A stretch of DNA of 62,790 nucleotides, filler included, from Rhabdomonas costata (lineage: Eukaryota): the NCBI GenBank assembly GCA_019059605.1. It is 48 parts of 48 records of this genome, joined end to end, with 100 filler letters (N's around TTAATTAATTAA, not from the genome) between each part and the next. Parts side by side here need not be neighbours in the genome. Positions count along the whole stretch, not along the records: positions 38,003 to 39,212 come from JAHMHO010023493.1; positions 39,313 to 40,522 come from JAHMHO010023494.1; positions 40,623 to 41,831 come from JAHMHO010023495.1; positions 41,932 to 43,141 come from JAHMHO010023496.1; positions 43,242 to 44,452 come from JAHMHO010023497.1; positions 44,553 to 45,762 come from JAHMHO010023498.1; positions 45,863 to 47,072 come from JAHMHO010023499.1; positions 47,173 to 48,382 come from JAHMHO010023500.1; 40 more parts are not named here. One strand, given 5' to 3'. The notes beneath the pieces are model-generated. The model saw only the letters and a list, made by a program, of their open reading frames with translations. It ran no database searches and was not told the DNA's origin. Of the stretch, positions 38,003-49,901 are shown piece by piece (positions within the stretch are counted from its first letter, which is position 1; each line of letters starts with the position of its first letter). Made by a program: the position numbers and the translations under genes.

Positions 38003-38889
38003 CGCGGCACAGGGCGTTGCCGTCGGAGTGGGCCACAATGGTGCCCAGGGTGGCGTGGGTGAGGGCACTCAAGGGGTTGAACACCGCGCTGCCCCACAGC
38101 TTTAGCCTGTCAGTCGTCCCCCCGTCCCCCTACCTGCACGGTCTCAACGACAGGCTGACTCAGCATCGCATGTACAGGCGCCTCGCCTCGGACAGCCCTC
38201 ATTTGAGACTGCTCCTTTGGGTTGGATTTGTGTTCTTGTACACTTTCAAATCTCAAATAGGCGGAATTAGTCCCGCCTTTGCGGACACACTCCTGTAAAA
38301 CTTTTTGCTACTCCAGCTTCCGCCTGTAGCTTGCAAAAGCACTGGCTGTTTTAGCAACACGTTTTTCCAGAGAGGGGTTTTTGGCAGGAGCTAATTCCCC
38401 AAGGAAGAGTAATCGCAAGCATTTACAGAGCCGGGTTAAATGAGTGTCCCTTTCTTCAGTAAAACAACAGCAAAGTACCAAGCACCCTGGTGACGTGCAG
38501 CAAAATGGAGCTGCGAGGAAAGAGATGTCATCAAATCTTTCTGGAAATCCTCGAAATGAACTAAATTCCCCCGAATCTCAGCCACCGCTCCCACCAGATA
38601 CGATATGAAAAACGTGTGATATGATAAGTGTGCGTAAAGTGTCAGTTACGTGAACAAGCACTTAGCTCACCCATGGCAACCCAAGCGGCAAAAAATCAGT
38701 CACAACAGAGCCATCCAAATGCCTACACACCAGACTTCTGAGCGGATGTTCTCCGTGGCCGGGGCCTTGAGCCCAGCCTTCTGCATCGCCGCCGCCAGGG
38801 CCTGCACACGTGCCGAGGGGGGCCCCACCGACACCTCGCCATTCCGCTCAGGGGCCAGTGAGGCCACAATACCACAAGGAAGCAAAGGA
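38003..38889 (-). CDS. panE: 2-dehydropantoate 2-reductase (ketopantoate reductase, ApbA/PanE family); exons about 38889-38731 and 38106-38003
   Basis: SARVQALAAAMQKAGLKAPATENIRSEVW|LKLWGSAVFNPLSALTHATLGTI. GT-AG intron 38107-38730 splits the Trp codon in frame. Confidence 0.85.
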
Positions 38890-40622
38890 CTACCGGCTTT
38901 CCAACGCAGCTCCTCGCGGACTTGATATAAAGGGCTGCCATTGCAGAAGGAAGGGTGGTGAGAAAAGTGACGTTTCCGAAGGGAAGATGTTTCCAACGAA
39001 CATAACACAACGCCTTGTACGACCCGCGGAATGTATGCAACGACGCATCAGGTGTGACAAGCCCAACGGTTCAACCAACTTCATGTTAAGATGTGCTGAT
39101 GCCAACGATGGTGCCAAATGTTAAGCTGTGAAAGAGGCAAGCCAGCAACACTTACCAGAAGGGCACCCCGTTTTGCAGCGGGACCAGCATTGTCTCGGGA
39201 CCTGCAACCCACNNNNNNNNNNNNNNNNNNNNNNNNNNNNNNNNNNNNNNNNNNNNTTAATTAATTAANNNNNNNNNNNNNNNNNNNNNNNNNNNNNNNN
39301 NNNNNNNNNNNNGCACCCTTTGGGATAAAAATGGGATAAAATATGAAAACTCGCGGTAATGGCAGTATGCTCCCCCCCCCTATATTTTCCGTCGAAGGTT
39401 TTTGTTGAAGATGGTCGTTAATACACGCTCTGCGGCTTGCCTCGACAGCTATGCAAATGTATGTCAGGTCTGCAAATGAAGGTCATTTTGGTCTGGGTGG
39501 GCAAACGAAGGTCATTTTGGTTGGAGGTCGATCGCCCCTCTGCTCAGTGACTTCGGAGGCCCCGATCAGCGCTTTTGGTGGGCTTTCTGTCAGGAAACGA
39601 TCCCTTACTCCAAGCGGCGAAGTTGGCAGGAAGTTTCGTAGAGAAAGACAGGATGGGGGTGGACTTAGACCTCGTCGCTGTGTGCATGAAGGGTGTTCTG
39701 TGCGGAAAAGGGGCAAGAGGTCGTTTACCTCCTGCCGAACCTGTCCGTGCTACTTCGACTGTGACATTGTGCAGTGGTAACGCCGTGTTTCCTTCCAGAG
39801 TTTTAATGCATTTTGTATACAGGGGTGTCAGCCCTATCGCGATTGCAGACATTGCGCTGGGATGGGGGGAATCAGCTGCTCAGTTTGCGCTGTTGATGAT
39901 TAATGATTGATTGATGATCAAAGAGGTTGGTCGATATTCATGACGTGACCTGCATCATCAGTCGGAACGCCACCACGTCCCAAGGACGTGAACCCGCCCA
40001 ACCCGCCCAACCCGCACGCTCACGAAATCAGGAGGCGGGAACCGCGGACCTGTTGATAATGCTCTCGCCAGAGGATCGTCCCGACAAAGCAGAGGGGTTG
40101 GAAAGGCTGCACTTGCAGTATTGTGGTATTAAGAATCTTTGCGTGCATTCTTACGCACACACTGGCGACTCTCTCTGACTGACATCCTCAGTGATATTCC
40201 CGCGTGACTTTTTTCCAGACAACCACTGTATTTCTGATCCCTCTCTTTGTTCGCTGCTTGCTTTTCGGAATTTTCTTATCTCCTCCCTTCCCAAGTTTCC
40301 TTTGGATGCACCGAAGTTCAGCATGACATCGGGCTCTCCGGCTGGACCCTCCAGCCCCTTCTCGCTGGAACTTTCCCTGCCACGGCACTGCCAAATCAGG
40401 GACAATGGCGGAAGGAAGACCTCACGGAGGGACCCAGGATCCGCTGCAGGGGAAGAGGCGGATCCTTTGGTCACCTTGGACCTTATCGCGGGCCAAGCGG
40501 TTGGACGGAATACCCCACAACCNNNNNNNNNNNNNNNNNNNNNNNNNNNNNNNNNNNNNNNNNNNNTTAATTAATTAANNNNNNNNNNNNNNNNNNNNNN
40601 NNNNNNNNNNNNNNNNNNNNNN

Positions 40623-40859
40623 CACCACAAGGCGAACGTCAACCAGGCTAGAAAGAATGGCGATACGCCTCTGATTGTGGCTTCGTACTTCGGGCATGCG
40701 GAGGTAGTAAACTTGCTGCTTGGGTCTGGTGCTTGTGTCGAGGCGAGAGATGAGTATGGCATCACGGCGTTGGAGTGGGCTCGGCGCAAAGAGCACACAG
40801 CTGTGGAGGAGGCATTTCTTTCTTATCCGAAGGACCGTGCAAGCTCGCCGCCACTTTGA
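40623..40859 (+). CDS. Ankyrin-repeat protein, C-terminus
   Basis: ANVNQARKNGDTPLIVASYFGHAEVVNLLLGSGACVEARDEYGITALEWA, then stop. Confidence 0.93.
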   Translation, partial: HHKANVNQARKNGDTPLIVASYFGHAEVVNLLLGSGACVEARDEYGITALEWARRKEHTAVEEAFLSYPKDRASSPPL

Positions 40860-42120
40860 GAAGGGCACATAGAGGACCGTGCTGCTTTGTAGGCCCAATG
40901 CATTTCTTGTTGTTGGTCGTACCATTGGATGAGGGACCTGTGTTTCCTGAACCTTTCTTTCCCTCGCATTGCATATGTAGACCTGACGATTACATATCTC
41001 CAGTGGCCTTTTGTTGCCGTTTTTCCAAATGGGAGACCTTGGGGAACCTGATCTAGCGTTGCTTGTATCGAAAAGCTCCACTGCCATGTGTGAAAAGCGC
41101 GAGAAGAGCCCAAGGTTTTGTAGTTTGCCTTCCCAAAAAAGCGATTCGTGTCACCTGCATTTAAAGGTTTGTAGCAGAATTTGGGATACTGATATCCACC
41201 TGTACTGTACTTGCCGTTCTACCCATCATTTCCGCATTTGACCCAGTTTCTGTGACACTCACAAGCCTTCAGAACGTGATGGGGGCCCAAGAGATTTGAT
41301 ATGCTGTTTCTACCCAATGAGAACATTGGAGCACATCCCGCAAATGATTACCTGTCTTATGCTCCTAATGAACCAAGTTGAGGAAAAGAAACCGATGGTG
41401 TGGTGTAGGGTGCAATGCATTGTACTTCTCACCTCTGTTGGGTTGTTTGCATTTTTTGACAGTTCAAACGCCAAATTAAACACTGAATATTTCTATTCTC
41501 ACATCAGGATTGTCATCCGGAAGTTTGGAATTGCGAAAAATACGTTGAAACGTTCCCCACCGTCATGCACCTGTCATCTTATATAGCGACAGTGACTGTA
41601 TGGTCCACCGATGATGCCTTGCCGTTTTGGTTTCCCTAATGTAAAACTCGACTGGCAAATGATGAACGGCGAAGCCCTACTGAGGATCTTGCCAAAGCTG
41701 TTGCCAAAGCCCAGGCGCCATTGTCGGGGGAAGTGGAGGATTTTTTTTTGAAACGCTTCCTGGTAGCCAAACTTTATCGGGAGAAAACAGGACCTGACAA
41801 GCGTTTGTACGCGAGAGGGTGAATTATTGTCNNNNNNNNNNNNNNNNNNNNNNNNNNNNNNNNNNNNNNNNNNNNTTAATTAATTAANNNNNNNNNNNNN
41901 NNNNNNNNNNNNNNNNNNNNNNNNNNNNNNNCAGTGTTCACATGATTCGCATTTTCAGCTCTGGGCGACGCTTAAGGCATGACAGGACAACGTGAGTGGG
42001 ATTGCGGGCAAAAAAAAGAGCTTCCAGCACACACGGGCCCCTAAGTCAAACAAGAAATCGCAGAACGCTAAGGTAGTGCCCAATCCCCAAAGTTTTTTTC
42101 CAGCAGAAAAGCAGACACAC

Positions 42121-42859
42121 CGTTGAGTACACTTTCGGCAACTACGTTCATCGTCGCGACAAGCACTGCTCTGGTGTCATTGCTGAGACTGCCATTCTGC
42201 AGCCCTTGGGCAATGGCAGTCTCCGCCTGAATGAGTTTGGGGGTGGGGGTGGGAGGACATCTCGAACATAGCAGAAGGGACCATATTGCAACGGGGCCTT
42301 CATTTTGGGTTTGGGCTGCTTGGTGCGTGGGCAGAGCAACTTTATACTCAAGATGCGCACAAGTAAGGACATCATTGCTCCGGGGACGAAAAAGGCGCCA
42401 ACTGGAGCTCACCAGCCCATTCGTTGCCATCGGGTTCGGTTGAAACACACCAAGGGCAACGGTGAAAACAGGCCCAGTGTCATGGGCGAGGGTTGGCTGT
42501 CGCTCGACGCACACAGAAAAAAAAACAATGGCAGAAAGAATGGCACTCTCTCCCCCTCCATTCCCCAAACCGCCGCCAGCCCAGAGCTTGCGATCTTGTC
42601 CACGTCCCGGGAGCTCACGGCGGTTTGGAGCTGGTCCACCGCGGCGCTGACGTCCGCGCTGGTAAGGGCGACGGCGAACACAGCTACTGTGGCGAGGGCA
42701 GAGGCCGAGCCTCCGGAGGAGGAGCGGACCACAACCTGAAAGGTGACGTTAGCGGCGGAGCCTGCGGGGAGCGTAAGGACCGGAGCAGTGGTGTAGGCGA
42801 CGGGGCTTGCAGAGGATGGTCCCAAGGGGATGTAGGTGCCCAGCAGGCTGTCCAGGCGG
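42121..42859 (-). CDS. REJ/PKD-like large surface protein; exons 42859-42571 and 42226-42121
   Basis: LTLPAGSAANVTFQVVVRSSSGGSASALATVAV followed by helices is typical of the end of a REJ domain. Phase-0 GT-AG join. Confidence 0.6.
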
Positions 42860-43367
42860 CTGTGGAAGAAAACGGAACATTTCCATCGCACCGCAATGTT
42901 GGTAATCGACAAAAGTCTTGGGATAGAGCGGCAGGGGTAGTGGTGACACCTCCGGAGGGGAAGAACAAGAACACGCCGAGACATCGGAGATTGTCCATAC
43001 CGACCACAGCGGAGACAGGTCTTCGTTGAATCAGACGAAGGACATAGGATATGGTCAGTAGAACAAAAGGAGAGGAGGTGGGCAAATCAAAGGAGGACGA
43101 TTTCGGTGCGATGGAAATGTTCCGTTTTCTTCCACAACCACNNNNNNNNNNNNNNNNNNNNNNNNNNNNNNNNNNNNNNNNNNNNTTAATTAATTAANNN
43201 NNNNNNNNNNNNNNNNNNNNNNNNNNNNNNNNNNNNNNNNNTGTGTGTGGGTTCTGTTGCTCTGTTCGCTGGACTTGCTGTAGTGGTGTCGTTGTCGTAG
43301 TCGCTAGGGTTGTTGTGTGCTGTGCTTGTTGCTGGATTCTGAATGTTGGTGTCTCAGGGGCCTGTCT

Positions 43368-43420
<53 letters not shown>

Positions 43421-43452
43421 CCTGATGCTACTGTGTGTGTGTGTGTGTGTGT
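43368..43452. repeat. (CTGTTG)n hexamer repeat plus (TG)n
   Basis: Directly visible. Confidence 0.9.
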
Positions 43453-44739
43453 CGGTTCCTGTTAGTGCTTGTTGTGTGCTTCCTTGGTGTCTCGAGCGTT
43501 GGTTGTAAGGGTGTCGATGTCAAGCTGAGTGAGTGTGGATGCTGACGATGCGTGGATCTTGCGTTGTTGGCTCCTGTGTTGGTGATTCCTGTGTTGTTGT
43601 GCGTATGTTGACTCCGATGCCTTTCTGCTTCCTGTGTTTCTGTCTCCATGCCTTCTGCTTCAACCATGCTCTCTACCAGCACTGTGTGTGTGTTCCTGAT
43701 GCCTTGATGCCTTCTGTGTTTGTTGAAATGTGGAATTCTGACGCTCCTGTTGACCTTGCTGCTGTTTACGTGACCACTGCTTCATAAGTGCTTTTGTGTC
43801 GAAATGATGGTGTTGGTGTTTCTGATGTTGAGGAAGGGTTTCTGTGAAAAGTGCAAAGTGATGTTGGCATTCCAACAAGGTTTCCTGGAGAGTAGGGGTT
43901 CATGTCTTTCGCCTTCCACTTCGGATGGCTCCTTGAATGGAATATTCGCTGTGGCCCGCTCGGAGGTAGCACGCGATAGGACGTGAGAGTGCGTAGTGAC
44001 ACGTATAGAAAATGGTGGTGACCGGAACCGTGCTTATGCCGGTTGAACGAACCATGGATGCGGCCCAGGGTCCCACGTGCTTCAGTGGCCTTACATGTTT
44101 GGCAAAGATGGAACTGTTCTCTGTTGCCTGTTGCGCCAGCAAACGAGACAAGGAAATCTTGTGGCAGTAATTGGAGGACAAATGGAAGAAACACCCTGTG
44201 CACACCAGGCTATAAAGACGCGAATGCACTCCCCAATTTTCCCACAGACACGAAGAAGGAACATTCAAGTGTTGACTGTCTGTTAGTATCAGAAACAGTT
44301 TGCCTAGCAAATACAACTGCAGATGATATCTACATGCGCAACTGCGCAAGAACATCACCAGACCGACCTCTGTCTCCCAAGCAAACTGCGGATAAACTAC
44401 AAGGGTACAATGCTGGGAAAAGGGTGAGTGCGATGAAAGAGCCCCAAAAACCNNNNNNNNNNNNNNNNNNNNNNNNNNNNNNNNNNNNNNNNNNNNTTAA
44501 TTAATTAANNNNNNNNNNNNNNNNNNNNNNNNNNNNNNNNNNNNNNNNNNNNGTTTGTGGTTGCTGCGTTGCAGTATCTTTCCTCTTCATCTCCTCTCTG
44601 TCCCAAGGCAAGATACTGCAACGCAGCAACCACAAAGACAGACTGAAAACCACAGGAAACACAATGAAACAGAATGGAAGGCCACTTCCAAGCGGGTGGT
44701 GGTGGTGCAACGGGAAGGGGTGTGCAGCCTGTAACATGC

Positions 44740-45113
44740 CTCGTAGACTTTCTTCATCAACTCCTTCCACTGCTTGTCCACAGTGCTGAAGGTCTTGGAG
44801 TCCTGCGGCCACTGCCGGGTGATCTCCGGGCTGTTGAAGATGGACTCCAGGTACATCCAGTTCCGCTGGAACTGTGCGAAAAAGGGTGAGCATTTCGCAT
44901 TGCATCTGAATGAACAGGAAAGTACTCAACAACCTAATCTCGCCTCCAACGACAAGGATGACAACAATATGCAGTGAAAGAAAAAACACCAGCAAGGGAG
45001 GCAAATAAAAAGTGAAGCTAAGAACCTCCAGCCACTTGTCCAGGGTCTCATTCATGTACCGGATGTCGCGGTCCCACTGCTCGGTGCGGGTGCGAAGCCC
45101 ACCCGTGCAGAAC
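44740..45113 (-). CDS. Axonemal dynein heavy chain, DHC_N2 region; exons 45113-45026 and 44871-44740
   Basis: [58 protein letters not shown], the hallmark Q..W.YLE.IF motif. GT-AG intron 44872-45025. Confidence 0.95.
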
Positions 45114-47817
45114 CTGAGCCGAGCCCACCGCCCACCAGCATGTTCAAAGCCGAGCTGATCGCTGACGGAACCTGGGTCGCTCGTCAACAGCCCCCCTCCA
45201 TTCGTGCACCACTTATCGGCAGAACCTTCTCCGTAGAATGCTTCCTAACCCTGTAACTAGGTGGGTGCTGTCATCTGGCCAACAAAACGAAATACGCGCG
45301 AAGCAAGAGCTTGGGTCAGTTGAAAGAGGTTGCCTGTTTGGGTTGGAGGACGAGAAGGTTGGGGATAAGAACCCCCAAAAGCTTTGGAACCGTGTGTGAG
45401 CGTCAGACCCGGGTTTGGGTGCCCCCGCGTGATGCGTCAAAAGACGAAGCTACACACATACACACCGAGAGGACACCACGGTGGAGATAATCACCCCGGA
45501 GTCCTCCAGCTGAGTGATCACATCATCTACCGCGCCCAGGACGTACACGTCCTAGAAGCCCAGGGGTGGGGGGTGGGGGAGGGCATCGCGCGGAGACGAG
45601 TTGTACACACAAACAGATCTCTCTTAAATTTTTTTTGTTGCCGATTCCACAGAGGTTGTAACCTTGCAACATGCCTCCCCCCTTTTCGTGCACTCTTCCA
45701 GCTGTCCCCCCAGGCAGTTTGTAGGGTTTCGGGGTTTGCCAGGTAAATCACCAGAGGTGCCGNNNNNNNNNNNNNNNNNNNNNNNNNNNNNNNNNNNNNN
45801 NNNNNNTTAATTAATTAANNNNNNNNNNNNNNNNNNNNNNNNNNNNNNNNNNNNNNNNNNNNTGTAGGAAAGGATTGATGCATTGGCTCGTCCTCTTTAG
45901 GTTTTCCATTGCCTCCTCCGGATTTGTCTGGGGCTTTACTTGATCCCTTCCTTGACTTGGGGGACGAACTTGGGCCTGCAAGGAGATCCCTGATAGCCAG
46001 AAGCTCCCTCCACCGCCCCTGGCACGCCAGGCGTCGCATCCACACTTATCACATTTGTGAGACTATTGACATGGTTCAGACTAAACCAACCTTTGATAAC
46101 TTCAACAAGAGGCAGAGGTGGTGTTACGAAGTACGCCACTCGGTATGGATGCGACCCACACGCATCTTACGAACACACCCGCATTATATATTATGCAAAC
46201 CTGCCCAACGCCATGAAAGTCAAGGCACCCATCCTATCCCAGTGGCTGTGTCAAACAAACTGTCATACGGAATGGGCTTTTTGGGGTATTGGGTAACAAA
46301 TCACCGGCTTCCTAAAAAAGGTCCCATTGAGACGCGGTGTTCTGCCAGCACTGCCTCCAAAAGGAGCCCACCACGGATGCCTCCGGGGGCCCTCCTCTCC
46401 AGGTCCAGTCTAGTCACGTTTTTTGTGTCATTTTTGGTGCTTTCGGTTGCTCTGAACATCGGTCCCTATTTTTAAGGACGTTTTTCCCGAAACTCAGAGC
46501 GTATCGACACAGGACTAGATTCCAACGTGATTCATGTGCCGCAAAAACGGGCGCAAATACCATTGACTGACTCAGAGGGGATGTTGCGTTGCTGTCGTGT
46601 ACGAACCCTTACCCTTTCTTTCGTGTCCAGGAGTTCAGTGTTCGAACAACAGGAAAACTATGCTGGTCCATCACATTAACATTAATTCGCACCCTGAACC
46701 TAGCGGATCCATTCCAGCTCTTCCCTGTAACTTTTACCTAGTTGGCCTCTTCCGGGTTCTTTGTTGCTTTGCTTCCAGTCAAGTGTATATAGGCAGGCAA
46801 GCAGGTTTCGTGTCCCACTTGTCGAAAGACATTGACGGCAAATCCCCCCCATACCAATCCTGCGTTGTTGCTTACGGTTCGGATGCCACTCGGCTGTACT
46901 TTATTACAGAAAGGCGAAAGGTCGTTAATGGTGCGCGCCTGAATTGGGGCCGCGAGGACGGGTGACTCATGCCTGGATACGCGAGTGCTGCAGCGAGGTC
47001 ACAGCATATAGCATGACCTACATCTTACATCAACATTTTGCATACACCACCAAACGGCACCCATCCACGACGNNNNNNNNNNNNNNNNNNNNNNNNNNNN
47101 NNNNNNNNNNNNNNNNTTAATTAATTAANNNNNNNNNNNNNNNNNNNNNNNNNNNNNNNNNNNNNNNNNNNNGGTGGTGTTTTACCCTGCACACTGCACA
47201 CAGTTACCCACTCACAAAGAAATCCCCACTGCTGCTGGGCCTAGGTTCTTGGCAAACCTCAATGGCACAAAAAACCGCGGTTCTGAGGAACTCCAATCCT
47301 CTGCGGTCACCCAGAGTGCTGAAAGCTCGTTATTCGCTCGTCCTCTCTGTTTTGTGCTTCTGGCCTGCCTGTTTTTTCTTTGTCTCATGTTTCAGTAATG
47401 ATTTGATTCTTTCCTTAATCGCATTCAAGGCCGCGCATATGCTATGTGCTGTGTTTAAGTTAATTTACTATGTGCGGATGAATACTGATCGTGATCAATT
47501 GATACTCCAACAATATGCATATGTCGTCCAACACGGAGTGCCTCACGTCTCCAATTCAGTCAAAAATTACACACATCACGTCAACACAAGGATGTGCGGA
47601 CGATGCAGGGGAATGCGATGTCTCGAACGCCTCTAAAAGCAGAAGACAATCCTTGACACCCTGTTCCCCCACAAATCCTTTAAGTACCATTTGTTCGCAG
47701 CTACGATTTCTTTGTGAGTGGGTAACTGTGTGCAGTGTGCAGGGTAAAACACCACAATAAGATTCTTCAACGGAGCCTGCATGGATGAAACGAGGGTGGG
47801 GTGAGAAGGAGGCAGAC

Positions 47818-48382
47818 CTGCCACACAGCTCCCGCTCTGAGCCCAGGCCCCGCTCGAGGTGCAGCTCAGCGTGCCCCCGCTCGTGAACCCTGGGGCGCAC
47901 CCAAATGTGCAGCTCTGCCCATAGGTTGTGCCGGAAGCGCAGTTCAGCGAGTTGGCGTTGGAGGGAAGCCCGGGGTAACCGCAGTTGATGGCTGAGACAA
48001 GGGTGGTGGTGGTGGTGGGGTTACTCAATGGGAGAACCCACAGAGAGAGCAAACCGCGTGGCAAGTCAGAAAAGAATTAGAGCACTTGCATGTGGGGTAA
48101 GAGTATGCAGCTGTTGTAACAAAAAACCCGCGGAAGACAAACTTTCGTCGTTCCCTATCGGACACCACTACTACGGGGAGACTGCCACGCCTATCAATCC
48201 TGCCCGACTTCAAGGCATGAAGATGCTGAGCAGTAGAAGAGCGCCCAGGGGCGAGCGAATTCACACACAAATACCCCACAAACACAGAGACAGACAGAGT
48301 CACCTTGACAGGCGCCGCTCTGGCTCCAGGTGCCGTTCCAGGCGCAGCTCAGCGTGCCCCCGCCGGTGTACCCACTGGCACA
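47818..48382 (-). CDS. Tandem Sushi/CCP-domain protein; exons 48382-48304 (partial) and 47991-47818
   Basis: CASGYTGGGTLSCAWNGTWSQSGACQ and INCGYPGLPSNA...CASGTTYGQSCTFGCAPGFTSGGTLSCTSSGAWAQSGSCV. Confidence 0.85.
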
Positions 48383-48980
48383 NNNNNNNNNNNNNNNNNN
48401 NNNNNNNNNNNNNNNNNNNNNNNNNNTTAATTAATTAANNNNNNNNNNNNNNNNNNNNNNNNNNNNNNNNNNNNNNNNNNNNGTTTTGGGGTACCCCCCA
48501 CTCCACTGGACAGTACTCCTACCTTACGTCTCGCTGAACGCTCGCCTTCACCCTCTCTTGAAGGCGAACTCATCCTTCCTGAACCTCGTGAACCCTCCCC
48601 ACCAAGTTCGTACTCCTCGGACGATTCCTCCCCCATTGGAGGGAACTGGATCCTACTACCATCCCTCAAACTTCTCCTGAGGATGTGCTCCGATGGGTGC
48701 GTCATTCCAGCCGAATCTCCCCATCAGACTACGAGGATGACGCATTTGCCTCAACTATTGCACCTGTCAAAATTTTTGAACCAACCGTGCCGTTGCCGCG
48801 AGTACTTAACCAACATAGTCACCACCGACTCCACCACATCATTCTTCGAGGCAGTGTTGTTTCCGACCCCTAATAGACGTGCTTGCCCCAAGATGTCATA
48901 CCGACGAGGATGAGTTGCCTCGTGACTGCCCTGAACTTCTACCGCGCACCCCTGGTCGCACCCCGTGTCCGGCCTTTGCG

Positions 48981-49428
48981 ATGACCGAAGATGTGATGTT
49001 ATGCCCTTCCGTTTTCAAAGCCATATGCCAGAATTTTGATGTACATCCCCTTATAGACCTTTTCGCATCAGCGGAACATCACCAATTACCATTTTACATC
49101 ACCACAGACGTGAGTGATCCAGATGCGTTGGCATGTAATGCTTTTGTTTTTTTGGGACCCAGACTATCAGCTGTATGCTAACCCACCCTGGTCCCTCCTG
49201 GACCATGTAGTCACCCACATTTGCCACGATAGATCCAGAGTATTGTTGGTAACCCCGAACTGGCCCGAAGAACCCTGGCGCCCCATCCTAGACCGTATCA
49301 CCGTTCAACGTCAAGAATGGACCCAACCCCTATACCTTTCACCTCATAAACGTTTACGCCCCGCACCTAAATGGAATACATTGTTCTCTCTAGTAGACGG
49401 CTCTTTGTGCGACCTTTCCTTTTCTTAA
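48981..49428 (+). mobile_element. Dam-like DNA N6-adenine methyltransferase domain of retroelement type, with one frameshift at about 49147-49153
   Basis: EDVML...IDLFAS (49056-49070), NAF, YANPPW (NPPW 49180-49191) and LLVTPNWPEEPW. Intronless. Confidence 0.8.
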
Positions 49429-49790
49429 TTTCTGTCATTTTCAGGCGGCCTCTGAGAAACCCTCCCCGACTACGAGGAGTTTGCTCCGAGGAACGTGACG
49501 ACCCGAACCCCTTGGCCTTCGGCGTTGGGGTTGTTTACTTTTTCCTCTTTCTTTCGTCCTCTCATTGCTTTTCCTTTCTCCGCTCTTTAACGTTCCTGAT
49601 AACCTACCGCATCATCACATCCATTACCCTTCATCCACCCAGGTGCAATGACCGGTAAACACAAACCACACCACCCAAAACCCCCAAAAANNNNNNNNNN
49701 NNNNNNNNNNNNNNNNNNNNNNNNNNNNNNNNNNTTAATTAATTAANNNNNNNNNNNNNNNNNNNNNNNNNNNNNNNNNNNNNNNNNNNN

Positions 49791-49901
49791 GTTCGCCAGA
49801 TGAGCGCTGCTGCGAGCAAGACGCTGCAGCGTCTGGAGGGTCAAGTTGGGGAGGTTGTTGGCCGAGTGACGGAGCTAACGGAGCAGTGCGTTCGGCTTGA
49901 G
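49791..49901 (+). CDS. Coiled-coil exon, unknown protein
   Basis: VRQMSAAASKTLQRLEGQVGEVVGRVTELTEQCVRLE|GTAGAT. Confidence 0.45.

Noticed and set aside
45863-47072. Possible RT/RNase H remnant (TDAS at about 46370)
   Set aside because: An isolated 4-aa match with no surrounding RNase H or RT motifs.
36692-49428. Treating the Gag-like ORF, the MTase and neighbouring genes as one system or cluster
   Set aside because: They lie on separate contigs ordered only by length, so adjacency carries no biological information.
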